Positions 30,960 through 42,046 are shown, counted from the first letter of the stretch. The stretch: 64,000 nucleotides of DNA from Thermoproteota archaeon (GCA_024720975.1 JANJXX010000002.1:128001-192000), one strand, 5' to 3'. Numbers and translations are program-made. The notes: a model not told the origin generated them from the letters alone.

Positions 30960-32900
30960 TTAGTCTTCTGGCACCAGAAGCCATGGAATTTCGCAAATGC
31001 TGTCTACGAAAAATAGCTTTGTTGGTATGCCTGTAGATAAATCTATTTTCAGTTTGCCCACTAAGCATAGTTCCTTGCCGAGAAGTTTCTGCAAAAGGAG
31101 TTGAGTATCGATCGTATTGGAGGTAATCCCAAGTTTTTTCAGCTCTGATATGGGTACTATTCCAGTTTTCTCAGAGAAACCATCATCAATAGTTATTGAA
31201 GCAACATTTTTTTCATCAACATACCCAGAATGGCCCATCTCACAAATTTGCTTAGCTGGATTAATTATTAAGCCACCACACTTTTTGCAAAACTGCATCT
31301 TTCCGATCCACTCGATTCCTGTTACTGTTCCAATAATGCGAGATTGCTTGCCGAGGCTTAGATCATCGAGTGTCTTAACTCTCTCTACTTGATTACTAGA
31401 AGGTGCTCTTGCATATTCAAATTCTCTTGCGATTACATCAAATTGTGTGGATGGTGTTGATAGCAATACCAACGTGTCTTCATCCCCTTTAGATCGCTCA
31501 ACACGCACGTTTGTTATCTTCACCAGTGCATTTAAATAGTCCTTAGCATGTTTGAAGTTCTCTGAGTCCCATACCAGCATCTTCAATGTCTTAGTTCCAT
31601 CTGTTAATTTTAAAACCCCATAAAGTTTTCTGCTCTTAACTTCCTCAGCGCCAACAATTTTGCATATTACGTTTACGTAGGTATTTTGACTAATTGCATG
31701 AAAGCTTGTAACTACTGGTCGAGCTACAAGCAGTTTTGGCGTACCTTCGTCACTGGCAATCTCCAGGTAGCCACTGCTCCTATGTACATGTATTTTTAGT
31801 TGATCGCCGGAGAACTCCAGCATACCGAATATTGTTAATCTATCCTCAGCTCGTATCCTAGCTAGATCTTCCAAAAAATTCTCATTCCAGACAAGTACCC
31901 TTACTCTAGTGCCGTCTTGCAAATTACCAACGAGAATAGCATATCTACCAGTTTGGCCATTTTTCTCATATGTACCGAATCTAGGAGGGCTTCTTATAAC
32001 TAGAGAGTACTTCCACCAACCGCGATCTCCAACTACTTCCGGAGGAACAAATTCAGGGTCCCTTCTATTAAATACCGTAAGATTTCTAGCAATAATGCGC
32101 CGAGTATTTTCAAATTTGCGAGTGAACAAACAGTGGGCTTCGATTATATCTCCAGGCTTTGCATGTATTTTTGTGAATTCGTCGGTTGCATTACCATAGA
32201 GTGTGCAGCGCACCTTAGTTTTACAAAAATCATTTAAACTCCCAAGTAGGATTTTTTTACCTTGTTTTGGGTGTTTTTCCTCGGCTTCACCCATGTATAT
32301 AGCTATCACATGTAGATAACTTCTGTCGGCTATATCTTTTCTAAGAATATCTTGTATGTCATAGAGTCTTATCGCTGGGAGTTTGTAGTTGAGTAACTCT
32401 TCTGCAGCTCTAGCATCAATAAGATGTATTGAGCTATATTTGCTGACAATAAGCCTCGGCTGGCCGTTTGGCAATATTCCTGAACACTTTACATTCTCTA
32501 GGATTATAGCTGAACCTATATGTATACTAGGCAATAGATTCACGTCGGGAAAGCTTTTTAGAATATACGCCTGAGCCGTCCCGGAATCATCGGTTAGTAG
32601 GATTAATGCCAGGCGTGAACCTTGCATGAAAAATCTTATCGATTCTACGATACCCAGAACAGAAATTCCGCGTGCTCCACTTTTTATGTGTTTTATTTTA
32701 TTAAGGGTTCGGCGAATCTTCAGCAGCTTAATTAAATCCGCTACTCTATCTGCTAGATTGTATTGGGATATAATTTCAAGTATAGCGATATCATCATCAA
32801 CGCGATACCTACTTTTTATCTCTTCAATAAGGCTCTTTATTTCATCTCTTCTTTTTCCTAGAATGATACTCAGTTGATCAAGTATCTTTTCAATTAACAT
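30960..32900 (-). CDS. Multi-OB-fold ssDNA-binding protein (RPA large subunit-like) with Zn finger
   Basis: Repeated OB motifs (LTDDSG, LQDGT, LTDGT, IDDGF); CKKC...C..GH finger. Confidence 0.8.
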   Translation of the reverse strand: MLIEKILDQLSIILGKRRDEIKSLIEEIKSRYRVDDDIAILEIISQYNLADRVADLIKLLKIRRTLNKIKHIKSGARGISVLGIVESIRFFMQGSRLALILLTDDSGTAQAYILKSFPDVNLLPSIHIGSAIILENVKCSGILPNGQPRLIVSKYSSIHLIDARAAEELLNYKLPAIRLYDIQDILRKDIADRSYLHVIAIYMGEAEEKHPKQGKKILLGSLNDFCKTKVRCTLYGNATDEFTKIHAKPGDIIEAHCLFTRKFENTRRIIARNLTVFNRRDPEFVPPEVVGDRGWWKYSLVIRSPPRFGTYEKNGQTGRYAILVGNLQDGTRVRVLVWNENFLEDLARIRAEDRLTIFGMLEFSGDQLKIHVHRSSGYLEIASDEGTPKLLVARPVVTSFHAISQNTYVNVICKIVGAEEVKSRKLYGVLKLTDGTKTLKMLVWDSENFKHAKDYLNALVKITNVRVERSKGDEDTLVLLSTPSTQFDVIAREFEYARAPSSNQVERVKTLDDLSLGKQSRIIGTVTGIEWIGKMQFCKKCGGLIINPAKQICEMGHSGYVDEKNVASITIDDGFSEKTGIVPISELKKLGITSNTIDTQLLLQKLLGKELCLVGKLKIDLSTGIPTKLFFVDSICEIPWLLVPED

Positions 32901-32927
32901 TTGATTAACCTTATCTCGGTGGTAGTT

Positions 32928-33563
32928 ATGAGTGATAGCTCATTTGAGGAGTCATTGGAACACACTGATCTTAATGTAAAGTGTCCCTTATGTGGATTAT
33001 CATCGCTTAGGATCTTTTATAGATCAGTGGATGTGCCTTACATAGGAGCAATGCTTGTATCTACAATTATCTGTAACAATTGTGGATTTAAGGTATCAGA
33101 TTTTTGGATGATATTCGAGGAGGGCAAGTACGAAGATTATCAAAGTGTTAGGGTGACGCAATCAACGATGGGGGATTTGGTCTGTGCAAGTACCGGCTCA
33201 AAGATCATCATACCTGAGATTGACACTGAAATTCAAGTAATCACTTTTGATGCTCAACACATAACAACGATAGAGGGAGTTCTTCGAGAGCTCAAGACTT
33301 ATGTTGAGGCGATGCTTGATACGGCGGAGGATAAAACCAAAGCTAAAAAAATACTCGACGTGCTAAACGAGGAATTGGAAAATCCATCTGGTAGACTTAC
33401 TTTGATGTTAAGTGATCCTAAAAAGCACAGTGCTGTTATACCAAGAGAATATTGGGTTAGGCGCGTCGAGCAGGAGAGAAAATTCCCCAAGAGCTTTCTA
33501 GATGCTGTTGCTGGGAGTATCATTGAAAAATGGAAGAGTGTACTAAAAAATTTCAACCCTTAA
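32928..33563 (+). CDS. ZPR1-type zinc-finger protein
   Basis: CPLCG...DVPYIG...CNNCGFK, ITTIEGVL, DP; ATG 32928 after GGTGG. Confidence 0.9.
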   Translation: MSDSSFEESLEHTDLNVKCPLCGLSSLRIFYRSVDVPYIGAMLVSTIICNNCGFKVSDFWMIFEEGKYEDYQSVRVTQSTMGDLVCASTGSKIIIPEIDTEIQVITFDAQHITTIEGVLRELKTYVEAMLDTAEDKTKAKKILDVLNEELENPSGRLTLMLSDPKKHSAVIPREYWVRRVEQERKFPKSFLDAVAGSIIEKWKSVLKNFNP

Positions 33564-34362
33564 TAAGAGTTTGTCTAGTTTTTTCCAGGCGAATTACGTC
33601 AGTGAGAATTATTACTAGCGTAAATAGAGTAATAATCAGGAGGAGTTGAGCATATATATTATTTTGAAATATCATGATCCCTTGACTTAATGCAAAGTAT
33701 GCTACTGCGAAAAACATCAGCGATAATAACAAAGCTACGTAGAAAGCTTTCGGTGCATCTACTGTACGTATAAAAAGCTCATGTGTGAGTTTGGAAAGTG
33801 ATCTTCTGGCATTTAAGATGAGCTTAGTAAGTTGCTCGGTTTCACTTGAGGGTATTCTTCTTGCAATTTGACTCATTTGGTCTTCCATACGATCGATGTG
33901 CTCTCTGTGTTCTTCAGTAATCTTAATGTAGATTCTCGATATAAAAGCTCCAGAGTAGAATATTATAGTCGCCAGTATGAAGAGGATTAGCGTTGAAAAC
34001 GCTAAGGGTTCTACGTATGGTGCTAAGTTTGATGCAGTAATTCGCTTAGTAACCAATAATACGTACCCAAAAGATGCAAATATTAAAATCCAACTCAGAA
34101 ATAGACGGGTCACGTATATTATAAACTGTCGTAGGCCGAAAATTATGAGTCCAGTGAAGAGTATCCCCATAGAAAGCGCCACGAAGGTTGCTTTTTCCAC
34201 TGTTTGAATCCACTGAGGATTTATTACTTCGAAGGCTTCTAACCATATTAGGACTCCGGCGCATACTTGTGATATCAGAGCAAATAATGCAAATACGTGA
34301 GCAGCGCCAGATGTTCTAAATTTTCCGAGTGCCTTAGAAACTCGTGATGGCATCCTAGGCAC
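33553..34362 (-). CDS. Hypothetical membrane protein (4 TM, helical linker, 2 TM)
   Basis: Hydrophobic segments separated by a charged helical region. Confidence 0.7.
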   Translation of the reverse strand: MPRMPSRVSKALGKFRTSGAAHVFALFALISQVCAGVLIWLEAFEVINPQWIQTVEKATFVALSMGILFTGLIIFGLRQFIIYVTRLFLSWILIFASFGYVLLVTKRITASNLAPYVEPLAFSTLILFILATIIFYSGAFISRIYIKITEEHREHIDRMEDQMSQIARRIPSSETEQLTKLILNARRSLSKLTHELFIRTVDAPKAFYVALLLSLMFFAVAYFALSQGIMIFQNNIYAQLLLIITLFTLVIILTDVIRLEKTRQTLIKG

Positions 34363-34602
34363 CTATTTAGTATCAAACAGAAAGATGTACTATAATTAGA
34401 ATTAAAGGGAAGAATCAGAAAGCATAAACGGTTATAGGTGAACTAAGGTTAAAATTGAGCACAGAGAAGTTGTTCATCGGTTCCCTCGGATGCGTGGACT
34501 TTATAACTACATAATTCCCGTGGTAATTAGGAGGAGTTATTCTCTATGAGCTGCTGGGCACATAGATGATCCCAAGAGGGCTTAATTAGCTGAGCAGTTC
34601 TG

Positions 34603-37269
34603 TTAGTGTTGTTCAAAAGCACCTTGATTCTGCGAACCCGCCTGGTCAACTAAACTCTTCATTCGCTCATACATTGCAATAATGAAGCGCTCTCTGTCTT
34701 CCATAGTAAGTACGTCACTTAACACCGCTAAGACGATCCCTTGTGCAAAGGGGCTTAATATTCGCGGATTCTTCTCAACAATTTTTACTTCTATTTCTCC
34801 AGTCTTCACCTTACTTAAAATTTCCTCTGCACCTCTAGCATCCATGTAATCATCGAGGATTTCTCGGTAGGTCTCCTTTATTACAGGAAAATCATCTGGT
34901 AACAGTGGCACTAAGGCATTGACTCTTATCCTTTGTTTTTTCACGGAAATATTTGTTCCCCTGTAGTTTCTTAGTATCATAAACGATCTATTAGCAACAT
35001 GTCTAAATCTGTTGGCGAACAGTTCAGTGTTCTTTATCGCTTTACGTAATGTGTTTGCGAAGTCACGGCTAAGGCTTTCAGCTAAAATTTTTCTAGGGTC
35101 TGGTTCGAATAAAGGAGGAAAAACGAGGTCAAAGCCGTTATCCGTTACGCCTATTCCAACATTACAGCCATGGATTTCTGAGGAGATATAAGCAAAGAAA
35201 CGGGATAGAGCGTCACAAATGCGTCTTCCATATCTAGCGTGGAAGATCATGTGATGTCTTCCACTTTCGTCAACCCATGTTTCGATAAGAATCCTCCTGT
35301 GATTAGGTATGCAACCTGTGACTTCTATTTGATCTTTAAAGTAACGTAATATGTTATTGGCGATTTTCTCATCGGCGCCATATTCATCTATTAGCATTTT
35401 CACAACTTCATTTTCACCTGAGTTGTTAAGCAACCTTTCTACGCGCTCTTGAAATTCACCCATCTCTATGGATAGATCAAACGATCTAGGCAGTTGCTCA
35501 CCAATCCATGAAGGAACTGTAGGATTTTCCTCCTTGGCTTCAGTAACGACTATGGTGTCTGTCTTTATGGACGTAACCTTATACTTCCGGCCAGCCAAAA
35601 CGAAGATATCATCAATGATAAGACGTTCAGCAAAAGGTTCGCTCAGATGTCCTACGCGAACGAAGCGACCATTTTTCTTAAGGAGTACTTGATATTTAGT
35701 TTCATCAGGTATTGTTCCTTGATTTAAATAAAATATTACTCTAGAGCCGCGTTTTCTTCCGAAAGTTTTCTCCTGGTCATCTAGCCACAGTTTACGATAG
35801 ACCTTCTGATACTCCAAGTCAACATGCTTTCCAGCCAGGTAGTTAAGAACGGCTATGAAATCTTCAAATGGTAGTTCATGAAAATTGTAAGAGCCTCTAA
35901 CGACTTTATAGGCCTCATCTACATTCCACCGCTTTTCGATGCTCATAGCCACAAGTTGCTGGGCCAATACATCAAGACAGTTCTTAGGTATAGAGACTCT
36001 ATCCAATTTTCCTTTATATGCGCATGCGCTTAAAACGAGTAACTCGATTAAATCATCCTCATCAAGAGCCACAAATATACCTCTTGAAATCTTGTGTATT
36101 GCATGTCCAGCGCGACCTATGCGTTGCAATCCTTTTATAACAGATTTCGGCGACCCAATCTGTACTACAAGATCAACGTAACCTATATCTATGCCTAATT
36201 CAAGTGAGGTTGACGTGACCACAGCACGTAATTTGCCATCCTTCAATGAATTCTCCACGTCTAGTCGAATCTCCCTTCCTAGTGAGGAATGATGAACCCC
36301 AATTTTGGATTCCCAGCGCTTTCCCATGATCTTCTTAAGCTTATAGGCTAAAGCCTCTGCGCCAGCTCTGGTGTTCGTGAATATTATCGTCGTTCGGTGT
36401 CTCTTAACGAGATCTTTTAGAATTTCATACATTTTCTGTGAAGCAGCTTCCTTATGTTTGAGATCATCGGTAGGGCATATAACTTTTAAATCTAGTTGCT
36501 TGATGTTTAGAACTTGGATGATGTCGCAGGGTCTTGGGAAACCATTCTCATCGAAGCCAACAAGCCATTTGGCGATTTCCGTTACAGGGGCCTGAGTGGC
36601 AGATAAACCAATCCTAGTAAAGTCCCCCGCGAAGTGCTGTAAACGCTCTAGTGATAACGAGAGGTGTGCCCCGCGTTTGCTATCTGATAATTCATGAACT
36701 TCGTCGACAATGACCCACGAGACGTCATATAATAAATACCTAAATTTAGGAGCAATCATCATATTTGCCAAACTTTCAGGAGTTGTAATGATTATATGAG
36801 GTGGATACTTTAGCATTTTAGAGCGATGATGACTAGGAGTATCCCCGTGGCGTATAAGTATTCTTATTTCAGGTAGTTCATAACCCAGCTTTTCAGCGGT
36901 TTTTCTTATACCTTGCATAGGTATCTGAAGGTTTTTATGGATATCATTGCTCAAGGCGCGTAATGGGGATATATAGATGCAATATACCTTGTCATCAAGT
37001 TTATTATCCTCAGCTAACCGAAATAACTCATCTAGAATTCCTAAGAATGCAGCAAGAGTCTTACCTGAACCCGTTGGCGAGAATATCAAGGTTGAGCGTC
37101 GTGCTTTAATTCTAGGAATAGCATATTTTTGAGGCTCCAGAAACTTGCCAAATGTTGTTCTAAACCACTCTTGAGTATATGTTCTCAATAATTTAAAAAC
37201 TTCTTCATCCCTCGGGGGAGGATCCTTCACAATGTTAATTCGTCCGAGGATCTCAGTCACAAATTCCAC
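34603..37269 (-). CDS. lhr: Lhr-family SF2 helicase
   Basis: SPTGSGKT, ISPLRAL, ITTPESL, DEVH, GLSAT, SLELGIDIG, QRIGRAGH. Confidence 0.96.
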   Translation of the reverse strand: MEFVTEILGRINIVKDPPPRDEEVFKLLRTYTQEWFRTTFGKFLEPQKYAIPRIKARRSTLIFSPTGSGKTLAAFLGILDELFRLAEDNKLDDKVYCIYISPLRALSNDIHKNLQIPMQGIRKTAEKLGYELPEIRILIRHGDTPSHHRSKMLKYPPHIIITTPESLANMMIAPKFRYLLYDVSWVIVDEVHELSDSKRGAHLSLSLERLQHFAGDFTRIGLSATQAPVTEIAKWLVGFDENGFPRPCDIIQVLNIKQLDLKVICPTDDLKHKEAASQKMYEILKDLVKRHRTTIIFTNTRAGAEALAYKLKKIMGKRWESKIGVHHSSLGREIRLDVENSLKDGKLRAVVTSTSLELGIDIGYVDLVVQIGSPKSVIKGLQRIGRAGHAIHKISRGIFVALDEDDLIELLVLSACAYKGKLDRVSIPKNCLDVLAQQLVAMSIEKRWNVDEAYKVVRGSYNFHELPFEDFIAVLNYLAGKHVDLEYQKVYRKLWLDDQEKTFGRKRGSRVIFYLNQGTIPDETKYQVLLKKNGRFVRVGHLSEPFAERLIIDDIFVLAGRKYKVTSIKTDTIVVTEAKEENPTVPSWIGEQLPRSFDLSIEMGEFQERVERLLNNSGENEVVKMLIDEYGADEKIANNILRYFKDQIEVTGCIPNHRRILIETWVDESGRHHMIFHARYGRRICDALSRFFAYISSEIHGCNVGIGVTDNGFDLVFPPLFEPDPRKILAESLSRDFANTLRKAIKNTELFANRFRHVANRSFMILRNYRGTNISVKKQRIRVNALVPLLPDDFPVIKETYREILDDYMDARGAEEILSKVKTGEIEVKIVEKNPRILSPFAQGIVLAVLSDVLTMEDRERFIIAMYERMKSLVDQAGSQNQGAFEQH

Positions 37270-37488
37270 CCGATGTTATGTGAGTCTATCATGTAATGAT
37301 TTGTTTTAAAGCTTTGGCACTCAGCAAGAGTAAATCCAAAGTAGAGTGAGAAATTTCAACATGGTGGGGACATATAAAACCTTCCAGTATTCCGATTTGA
37401 AAAATTGATGTCTCACTAGTAAGCTTAGCTGAACGATAGGTATAGAAAGAGAAAAAAGATCCAAGAAAGCAGCTAATATGTAATGTTC

Positions 37489-39357
37489 TTATTCTTCGTA
37501 AAGTAGCTTCAAATCCTTGACTCTAGCTTCGGGTGATCGAGCTTTAACTTCATAGGTAATTGTCTTTCTCTCGCCTGGTTTGAGGCTGATTTCCCATCGA
37601 CAGAGCACAGCTCCCTCAGGGGTAACTTCTATCGACTTGGGCTTGGGATTGGCCGACCGCTCATCAAACTCAAAGGTTGTTGGGACTCTATCTGTAATTA
37701 CATGTATTGGGATTGAAATTTGGGACTCGTTGGTCAATGATAGCATTACTTTAAATCGACCTTCCTCGAGTGGTTCAACGTCTTTCTCGACTGTAATTAA
37801 GCGTCTAGCTAAGATTCCGGTAAGTTTAGGTGGTTCTTTGACAGATATTAATCGTGCTTTTGCACCAGGTATCATTGTTATTTCTGCAGATGATCCGAAC
37901 TCATAAACTTTATCCTCTTTAGGATCGATTGAAGTTGTTGTGTATCTTATCCAGATTTTCTCGCCGGGGTTTAAGGGTTCGTCGAAGTAATAACTTATGT
38001 TCGAGATTTTAATAACTAGAGTATTTTGCTCCTCTGGTAAAGATCCCTCGGGCTCGATCTTGATTTCTATAAGTTCTGGAGGTAATCTCGTCTCACCACG
38101 CTTCGAAATGAATACTTGAACGTTGCCTGGAGTGGGTGGTGCGATATCCTCTGGGATTATGTCGCGTACAATTATTTCATCTATTCCTGCAGATCCTAAG
38201 TTTTCAATTACAGTTTCGCTTTCAATTTTTTCCTCGGCGTGAGCTGCTATTTGATTCTCAGCAAGTCCAGCGTAGTATTCTTCATGCTTAACTGAGATTT
38301 TCCTGGAGATTTCGCCCCAAACGACCGGAATCTTGATGTCACCAATTTCTCCTCTGGCTTTGATTGAGTATCTTACGATTGGATGTATTTCGTAGTGAAA
38401 CTCTTGAACGACTTTTGGTTTCGCAGGATTTCTTATTGTTACTGGACCGAGGGTAGCAGTTTGACCAGGTTCGACTCTCACCGGGGCTAGTTTAACGATG
38501 TCGAAGATTCGGATTCCGGGCGCTCGCCGTTCAATTGATCCCTTTATTTTGTGTCCTCCCTCGGCTTCAGTTAGTACTTCTCCCTCGCGAATTTCGATAG
38601 TTGCGCCGACACTAATTGGAGCATGGGATGCATTTGTTATTACCATTGATATATCCCATATGCCGGGAGTTTCTTTCCTTTCTTCGGACAAAATTCGTTC
38701 TGTTACTTTCGGAAGTCCGGTTAATTTGCCGAATCTAAGCCCACTTAGTGTTGTTCCTTCGCAGGTCCACTCATAGGTTATTTTTCCGGTGTTAAAGGCC
38801 TCAATGTCTTCTGGGTGCATCTTTAAGTTTACGGGCAACTCAACTTTTTCTCCAGCGTTAATTTTTGCGTCCCTCCAAACAATTGCATCTTCCATAGTGA
38901 TATATTCACCGGAGGGGGGTGTGACTTCAGTAGGAGCTTTAAACTGCTTATGTAGTTCTTTCTTAACAGTCAGAAGAGCGGGAGCATCAAGCTCATTCGT
39001 AGCTCCTAGAGTGGACTGGATTTCTATAGGTTCGCACCTCAGAGCAAATGGTGATGGAATTTCAGGCGGAAACGTTAAGTTCTCTATTACAGAAAGTCCC
39101 AATTTCTCTGTAGTTATATTGTATTCAATGGTTTTTGTGTCTCCATCGCGAATGGATCCCAAGAAAAGCTCCTTCTCAATGTTAACATTTTCAGTATTTT
39201 GTAGTGTAAGTTGCAGGTCTGAGATTGCACCTCCTGTTAGATTTCTTATGATTATCTTTCCTTTGCTAGTTACTTCAGGATTTTTTAGGCCATAGCCAGC
39301 TTTTACTTCCTGTTCTTCTATGAATTCTATAATGAGTCCTTTTTCCTCTGCAGCCAT
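37489..39357 (-). CDS. Acidic multi-beta-sandwich protein with no signal peptide; N-terminus mu-homology-domain-like
   Basis: Alternating beta pattern; IVWRDAKINAGE, TLSGLRF, W.ISLKPGERKTITYEV motifs; ATG 39357 after GGTG. Confidence 0.6.
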   Translation of the reverse strand: MAAEEKGLIIEFIEEQEVKAGYGLKNPEVTSKGKIIIRNLTGGAISDLQLTLQNTENVNIEKELFLGSIRDGDTKTIEYNITTEKLGLSVIENLTFPPEIPSPFALRCEPIEIQSTLGATNELDAPALLTVKKELHKQFKAPTEVTPPSGEYITMEDAIVWRDAKINAGEKVELPVNLKMHPEDIEAFNTGKITYEWTCEGTTLSGLRFGKLTGLPKVTERILSEERKETPGIWDISMVITNASHAPISVGATIEIREGEVLTEAEGGHKIKGSIERRAPGIRIFDIVKLAPVRVEPGQTATLGPVTIRNPAKPKVVQEFHYEIHPIVRYSIKARGEIGDIKIPVVWGEISRKISVKHEEYYAGLAENQIAAHAEEKIESETVIENLGSAGIDEIIVRDIIPEDIAPPTPGNVQVFISKRGETRLPPELIEIKIEPEGSLPEEQNTLVIKISNISYYFDEPLNPGEKIWIRYTTTSIDPKEDKVYEFGSSAEITMIPGAKARLISVKEPPKLTGILARRLITVEKDVEPLEEGRFKVMLSLTNESQISIPIHVITDRVPTTFEFDERSANPKPKSIEVTPEGAVLCRWEISLKPGERKTITYEVKARSPEARVKDLKLLYEE

Positions 39358-39514
39358 CAGCAACACCTAGCGTTTGTTTTTCCATAAAATCGCATATATA
39401 CTAAAAACTTAGTCGCATTGTAACCAAACATTATAATGTTAACTAGCTTATAAATTAGTAGGTGAGCTTGATTGTTTGATTACTAAGCTGAGCACTGATA
39501 GGTAACAAAAACCA

Positions 39515-40072
39515 TCAGAAGGAGCGCTTAATGAACGCGCTTCGTATCTCGTTAAGGTACCTATCTAATGCTAAAGGATTTACTGTTATGGGATTTAGAG
39601 GATTTCCACAAATGGGACAACAGTAGCCATATGTCTCAACTTCTCTTTCTAAGAATAGAATTTTATCTTGCTTGCAATAATGTAGAATGGATTCGATTTC
39701 GCAAACCTCTGCTAAGCTATGTAAAAGAGCAATAATACTTGAAATAAGTCCACTCACTGTGCGATCAATCTGAACGGGCTCTGTACCGAAAATTACCTCA
39801 ACATATTGGCGCCGGTCTCGCATTTGCAGTGGTTTTTCACCAACTATATACAATAATCCACCATTTGTTAAGGCAGAGACAACTGCACGGGCATTTAAAA
39901 CCGGAAGTCCAGTGTAGATGGTAGATGAACTCTCAGATAAACTACCTCTTGATAGGAGAACAGCAGCTATAGCCTTGCCAAAACTACCAGCTTTGAGCTC
40001 CGCTAATGTAAGGAAAAACCTTCTCAATCTATTTATTCTGCGAAGTATACTGGCTTGTTGAGATGAATCCAA
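39515..40072 (-). CDS. tfe: Transcription factor E alpha-like (divergent)
   Basis: N-terminal wHTH pattern; Zn ribbon YCKQD...YGYCCPICGNPL. Confidence 0.65.
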   Translation of the reverse strand: MDSSQQASILRRINRLRRFFLTLAELKAGSFGKAIAAVLLSRGSLSESSSTIYTGLPVLNARAVVSALTNGGLLYIVGEKPLQMRDRRQYVEVIFGTEPVQIDRTVSGLISSIIALLHSLAEVCEIESILHYCKQDKILFLEREVETYGYCCPICGNPLNPITVNPLALDRYLNEIRSAFIKRSF

Positions 40073-40085
40073 AACTATCGCCGAG

Positions 40086-40406
40086 CTACGATTTTTGCCG
40101 TTCTATTTGGCAAACAACAAAGTGAACTGTTTTGGATATGGGTCGTGTCTCCCCAATATAAACTATGTCACCTACCTTTGCATTTATACAGGGCGGGTTA
40201 TGGGCCTTGATTTTACTGAATCGCTTTTCGTACCTCTTGTATTTTTGGTCATATTTCACATAATCTACGCGGACAGTAACTGTTCGTTGCATTTTATCGC
40301 TTATCACGACTCCCTTTAAGATGCGCCCCCGAACTCGAATGGATCCATGAAATGGACATGTAGGATCGTCACAGACTTTATCAGGGCTCTGGAAAAGGCC
40401 AGCCAA
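40086..40406 (-). CDS. rps17: 30S ribosomal protein uS17
   Basis: CDDPTCPFHG, RVRGR, KYKRYEKR, AHNPPC, ETRPISKT; TTG after GGTGA. Confidence 0.97.
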   Translation of the reverse strand: MAGLFQSPDKVCDDPTCPFHGSIRVRGRILKGVVISDKMQRTVTVRVDYVKYDQKYKRYEKRFSKIKAHNPPCINAKVGDIVYIGETRPISKTVHFVVCQIERQKS

Positions 40407-40636
40407 ATATATCACCAGAGAGGACTTTATAATATTAGCTCGCTATTTAGGATTTTATTAAGTCAAAGTCTTTTTGTTTATAATTCACTTTTAATTGAGG
40501 GTTGTCGTAATTCGGAGAATATAGACAGAATTTTTTAGATCCCAATATTCAGTAGTATATGGAGTTCACCTACGAATCAGTTTCCCGGATATTATATCTC
40601 CAAGCGATGAACTTAAAAACATCAGAGGTAATATAC

Positions 40637-42046
40637 ATGGCCGGATATGGACTAGAATACAGAACTGTAAGAAGCATTGAAGGCACTCTTATAGTGCTTG
40701 AAAAAACAAAACCTGTCGGTTATAATGAGCTAGTTGAAGTAGTCCTTCCGGATGGTACTGAGTACTATGGTTCAGTAATAGATACTTCAATGGACTATGT
40801 ACTAATTCAAGTATTTGGTAGGAAAGAAGGTCTTGAACGTGGTCTGAAAGTTAGATTGACTGGCGAGCCCATATCGATTCCGCTATCCGAAGATGTGCTA
40901 GGTCGGGTTCTAACTGGATCCTTTAAGCCGCGAGACCATCTTCCCCCAATAATCGGAGACGAAAAAAGAGAGATCTTTTACTCAGTGATAAACCCAGCTG
41001 CTCGTGCTCCTCCAGAGGAATTTATACAAACCGGCATCTCAATAATAGACGCCTGTCTAGCATTGGTACGTGGGCAAAAATTACCGATATTTACATTATC
41101 TGGACTACCACATAATATGCTTCTAGCACAGATAGCAAGGCAAGCTACGATTTTGAAGAAAGGTGCTGAGGCCCGAGAGGATTTTGCAGTGGTTTTCTGT
41201 GCTATGGGATTGCGGCATGAGGAATATGAGTTCTTCCGCCAAACTTTTGAAAAAACCGGCGCGCTGCATCGTTCTGTGATGATTCTCAATCTGGCGGATG
41301 AGCCTGAGATAGAGCGTATTATAGCACCAAGAGTTGCGCTAACCGTTGCTGAATACCTGGCTTTCGACCTCGATTATCACGTTCTTGTAATACTTGGAGA
41401 TATGCTAAGTTATGCAGAAATTTTGAGGGTTTTATCCACCGCCCGTAGGGAGATACCGGCTAGAAAAGGATACCCTGGATATCTGTACACAGATTTGGCT
41501 ACGATTTACGAAAGATGTGGAAAAATAAAGGGCATGAAAGGGAGTGTAACGTTGATGCCATACCTAACAATGCCGGGGGGCGATATAACACATCCCGTAG
41601 TCGATTTAAGTGGTTATATCACAGAGGGTCAAATAATTCTATCGAATGAGCTTCACATGAGAGGAATTTATCCGCCAGTGGACTTATTAAACTCGCTTTC
41701 TAGGTTGGCTAAGGATGGTATCGGTAAGGGTAAAACGAGAGAGGATCATAAATATATTGCGGAGCAGCTATATGCATCATATGCCGCCGGGATTGAAGCC
41801 AGGGAATTAGCTAAGATAATCGGTGAGCGTGCTTTAAGCGAAAGAGAACGAAAATATCTAGAATTCACAAACATGTTTGAGCGAAAATTTATTAGTCAAG
41901 GTTATTTAGAGAACCGCAGTATCGAGCAGACACTAGAACTAGCTTGGGACTTGCTAGCCACTCTCCCGGAGGGAGAGTTAACCAGAATACCACCACGTAT
42001 CATACATGAGTATCATCCCAAATACAGATCAAAAAAAGTCACTTAG
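40637..42046 (+). CDS. atpB: A/V-type ATP synthase subunit B
   Basis: [42 protein letters not shown]; ATG 40637 after GAGGT. Confidence 0.95.
   Translation: MAGYGLEYRTVRSIEGTLIVLEKTKPVGYNELVEVVLPDGTEYYGSVIDTSMDYVLIQVFGRKEGLERGLKVRLTGEPISIPLSEDVLGRVLTGSFKPRDHLPPIIGDEKREIFYSVINPAARAPPEEFIQTGISIIDACLALVRGQKLPIFTLSGLPHNMLLAQIARQATILKKGAEAREDFAVVFCAMGLRHEEYEFFRQTFEKTGALHRSVMILNLADEPEIERIIAPRVALTVAEYLAFDLDYHVLVILGDMLSYAEILRVLSTARREIPARKGYPGYLYTDLATIYERCGKIKGMKGSVTLMPYLTMPGGDITHPVVDLSGYITEGQIILSNELHMRGIYPPVDLLNSLSRLAKDGIGKGKTREDHKYIAEQLYASYAAGIEARELAKIIGERALSERERKYLEFTNMFERKFISQGYLENRSIEQTLELAWDLLATLPEGELTRIPPRIIHEYHPKYRSKKVT

Noticed and set aside
34545-34595. GATGA...CTGA in the gap downstream of lhr
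   Set aside because: Incomplete box set; cannot support an sRNA call
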